Source: Octopus sinensis
Lineage: Eukaryota
Length of the DNA stretch: 64,000 nt
Assembly: GCF_006345805.1 (NCBI RefSeq)
Contig: NW_021833588.1
Span: forward strand, 12,463 to 76,462
Reading direction: 5' to 3'
A program made the translations under genes and the position numbers. Each line of letters opens with the position of its first letter. Positions within the stretch are counted from its first letter, which is position 1. The notes below the pieces were generated by a model. That model searched no databases and was not told the DNA's origin. It was given only the letters and a program-made list of their open reading frames with translations. Of this stretch, positions 60,714 to 64,000 are shown piece after piece.

Positions 60714-63040
60714 ATGGATGTGGATGAAATATACAGGAATATGCTGTGCAGTAATCAAAAGTTACAGCGAGACAAAGGCCTTATAAAATTATCTGAGAAT
60801 TTAAACCAATCAACGAGCAAAGAATGGATCCCCAAACTGTTGGAGACATTAGAGGACACAAACCACCCCTGGAATATCACATTCGGCTCACTCATATTCC
60901 TCAAAGAACTACTCCACTCCCAATTAGACACCAAACATGCCATAAATGTCACCAATATCCTCCTTCTCCACATGGAAGACCAGGAAGTGAGGGTTAGAGA
61001 AGAGTGTGGTTAACCTATATTTTTATTCCCGCCAAAATAGGCTCAGTCTTGGGTGTTCTTTACCAGAATAACGAGGAAAGCATTGGGTTTGTTGTTAGAA
61101 GAATGTTGATTGATGGAATCAAGTCGAATGCAGTCAAATCTGCACAAATATCAGTCACAGTGCCATTAAAGAAAGAAATTGGCCCAAATAGGGCAGTTTG
61201 TGTGTCTCAGGTGGGTCAGTGGTCATCCATTCGTGTAGTGTGGGGTCTCGGCAGGTCAGATTGTGACTGAGTCCTCTGGCTGGAGACATCTCGACACTTG
61301 GCTGGGGTAATTAGTCCATGACATATCAGGGCTCTCTTCCTTGTGTTGGATTCTAATCGACACGTCTCTATTTTTGACAATGAAATGAATGCTACGGTTG
61401 ACTGTGCATTTGCTACGGATAATCGTTTTGTAAAGGAAAAAATATTTCGGATTTTTGGACTGATTTTTGAGTCGTTGGATGAAAAGATTAGTTTTTTGAT
61501 GTCCGAGATCAAAGCAAAGCAACTCAAAAGTGGCCTGTCTGATAATTGGAGCCAAGTAAATGACACTCTCCTTACAAATCCAGGTCAGACGGGCGGCTTT
61601 GGAAGCCACCTGGCAATTCTTCAAAGCCATTTCCCGCCTTGATTCATCAATGAAAAATAAATATTTATCGATTTTATTGCCACCTTTGTGTCTTAATAGG
61701 CACTATTTGGGAGAGGGAGTCAGGTTGTTGGCTCAGAGGGCGTGGCCAGAGATCACTGGGAATGAGGGAAGGTCCCTGATTGAGCAGAACATGAAGGAGA
61801 CGGTGGTTGGTTGGTTATATTTTGCAGGTTATTTATTATTTGGAGGAATGTCAGGCGGAGAATCACGCTGTGAGAGAATCGGCATGTTTGGCTGTGAATG
61901 AGTTGGTCTTGAAGGTCACAAAATGTGACAAAAATTGATAGATTGACCACCAAGTCATGGAACCTCATGTTAATTCATTTTTTGACATGTTTTTGACTTT
62001 ATTTGGAGATGACAGTTGGCCTGTTCGACATGGTTAGTAATATATATTTATTATTCAGCTGCCTGTCTCTCCAGCAGTAGATTTATACTGAACTATCCAT
62101 CTGAGGGAAGGTGATTATTCCTGATTATTCATTCTAGAACATTCATTGAACAGCTGTGGCCACTTTATCTGGTAAATCTCCGAGATTCCATATCCTACGT
62201 CCGTTCAGGGGCTGCAGTGGCCATTGCTAATGTGTGTGTGGCCTACAGTTATATATATAACATGTATGTTCTCAGGGGATTTCATTAAACGGGCATTGCG
62301 GGTGATTACGAACGCATTCGACGCAATCAAGAAGCAGCCTGTAGTCCCGTTGCGCTTTAAAAACGTCGAGAAAGGACGGGCTACTTTCTCAGTGGCCAAG
62401 ACAGTGCATGACAACGACGTGGAACTGCACAGTAATCAGCAGATGTACTCATGTGGGTCACTGGCTCCAAAGTTCTCCAGAAACACTTGTGGATGTTCAT
62501 GTCCTTCAATATTATACAAGAAGGCAGAGGAGTGGGAGGAGGCTGAAGGGTTGGGGGTCAGTTTGATGGCATAGATGTCTCTATCTGTTGGCTGAGTTGT
62601 TGAAATGTGAGGAGGGGGAGGTGAGGAGTATATGTGGAGAGGACTGTCACGATTTACTCACATCCCTCGCTGTGGCATCCTCCTATCGGGAATATACCAG
62701 GCACTGTGATTTCTTAAAGACATTGTGTGACTTGGTTGGTGCTGATTGGCTATTTAAGTTGCCTGGAATTGCGAGGGGAATTGGCGGGAAAAAATTTGAA
62801 GAATATTTGGAATTGTTTTTTGAATCGATTTTTTATACATTGGTATAAATATTGATTGTAATTGAAGGAAGGTGATTTGGAGAGAATTAGCAAGTCGGGG
62901 GAGGTGTGTTTGCGTGACCTGGGATGTCTTGTTGGGATAAATGTGCTTTACTCTCGTGTAGAACAGTGGGACATTAGGCATTCACGTGGTTTGTTAGTTT
63001 TAGATGTTTGGGAGTATTAGAACGTGTTTTTAAGTCTTAA
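60714..63040 (+). CDS. Conserved uncharacterised HEAT/ARM-repeat protein, multi-exon
   Basis: Spliced motifs GWRHLDT, DNRFVKE, GLSDNWSQVRRAA, LCLNRHYLGEGVR, DSISYVRSGAAVAIANV and MYSCGSLAPK recall a family of HEAT proteins. The model is approximate. Confidence 0.65.
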
Positions 63041-63347
63041 TAAATTTTATTCCTGTCTTAGTAAAGTATATAAAATGGTTTGATTGTAGGGTTAATTAGA
63101 CTGGTACCTTTATTGGGCATATCTGGGAATGAGGGGACTGTCTTTTAGTAAAGAGGGACTTATTAGGAGTGTATGTGAAGTATATAAGTCTAAATTACTT
63201 ACAATCATATATATTAGTAAGTATTAACAGACGGTTTAGATTTGACGAAACAAGTCAACCAGGAGGTTAGAATAATATAATTTAAAAATTTTATTAATAA
63301 AAAATACAAACAAAATTAAAATTAAATAAAACTAAGACATGGCCTAT

Positions 63348-63926
63348 TTAAAATTTATTACTCTCCCGTTTATTTTTTTGTCGACGATTGCAAAACCACA
63401 CTCGAACAGCTTCTTTATCAATACAAAGACAACTCGCTATTTCTGAAATTCTCCCCAAACTTGGTTTCTGATCAATACAAAAATGATTTTCAAGACACTT
63501 CTTGGTGGACTCTCGAAAACAAGTCCGCTTTTTCCTTTTTTTAGAAATCCTTTTTATTTTATCCATTCTTTCAAAATAAAAATAATGTTCGATATATTTT
63601 CTGACCCAAATATTCAAAAGAGGTCTCAATCTGCACATATTCTTAAAAGACAGCTGCAGTAGTTCAAATCTACATATGGTTGTCTGGGAAATCACACATC
63701 CATGCTCCCTTTCTAATTCGTACCCCAAATCAGCCTGAGTGTACCCAATTTTTAGTCTCAAATTCTTCAAAACACCTGCAAATTCCTTCATTTCAAGCAC
63801 GTGACAATCGTCTTCACTCTTCAGCATATGGACAGGTGGATTAGTCCTTGATTTTATTGTCTCGGCGTTTGGAAAGTCACGTTTTTCGAGATTGGGTGCT
63901 CGAATGCTTGTTGTATAAAGAAACAA
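63348..63926 (-). CDS. POU-domain transcription factor, class III-like, divergent
   Basis: POU-specific domain (GYTQADLG...SQTTICRFELLQLSFKNMC) and POU homeodomain (RKKRT...VRVWFCNRRQK). The true start is uncertain. Confidence 0.9.
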   Translation of the reverse strand: MFLYTTSIRAPNLEKRDFPNAETIKSRTNPPVHMLKSEDDCHVLEMKEFAGVLKNLRLKIGYTQADLGYELEREHGCVISQTTICRFELLQLSFKNMCRLRPLLNIWVRKYIEHYFYFERMDKIKRISKKRKKRTCFRESTKKCLENHFCIDQKPSLGRISEIASCLCIDKEAVRVWFCNRRQKNKRESNKF

Positions 63927-64000
63927 TTGATTTGATCAGTTGAATTGAAAAAAGTTATGAAATGATCCATTGACTTATTTCGCTGTAGAAATACATTTTG

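Overview
AT-rich nuclear DNA of a eukaryote, almost certainly a highly reduced metazoan: it encodes a POU-domain gene, a YPWM-plus-homeodomain Hox-like gene and a mitochondrial NDUFA4-like subunit. Host genes are broken by many ultra-short GT-AG introns, mostly 22-32 nt. That resembles what is reported for dicyemid mesozoans, but the taxon is an inference. Hand-spliced host genes are AATF/Bfr2, an LC8-like dynein light chain, a Hox2-like homeobox gene, importin-alpha, DHCR7, CACYBP, three NPC2/ML-domain paralogs (one pseudogene), NDUFA4-like, EFL1, a HEAT-repeat protein and a class III-like POU gene. There are also four tRNA loci, two of them degenerate. The rest is largely a dense, nested patchwork of transposons: hAT/Buster, pogo, Tc1, two non-autonomous Helitrons with about 95-bp tandem arrays, and RTE-, R4-, CRE- and Jockey/I-like non-LTR fragments. 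The main highlights are (1) an apparently intact hAT transposon whose 456-aa transposase is split by four 23-26-nt introns, (2) NPC2 paralogs whose coding exons diverge almost only by amino-acid-changing substitutions while introns and flanks stay nearly identical, (3) Helitron satellite units that may derive from helicase coding sequence, (4) a solitary, divergent Hox2-like gene, and (5) a twin-priming-type inverted RTE insertion with an 11-bp TSD. All gene models and family assignments come from manual translation and recalled motifs; no searches were run.
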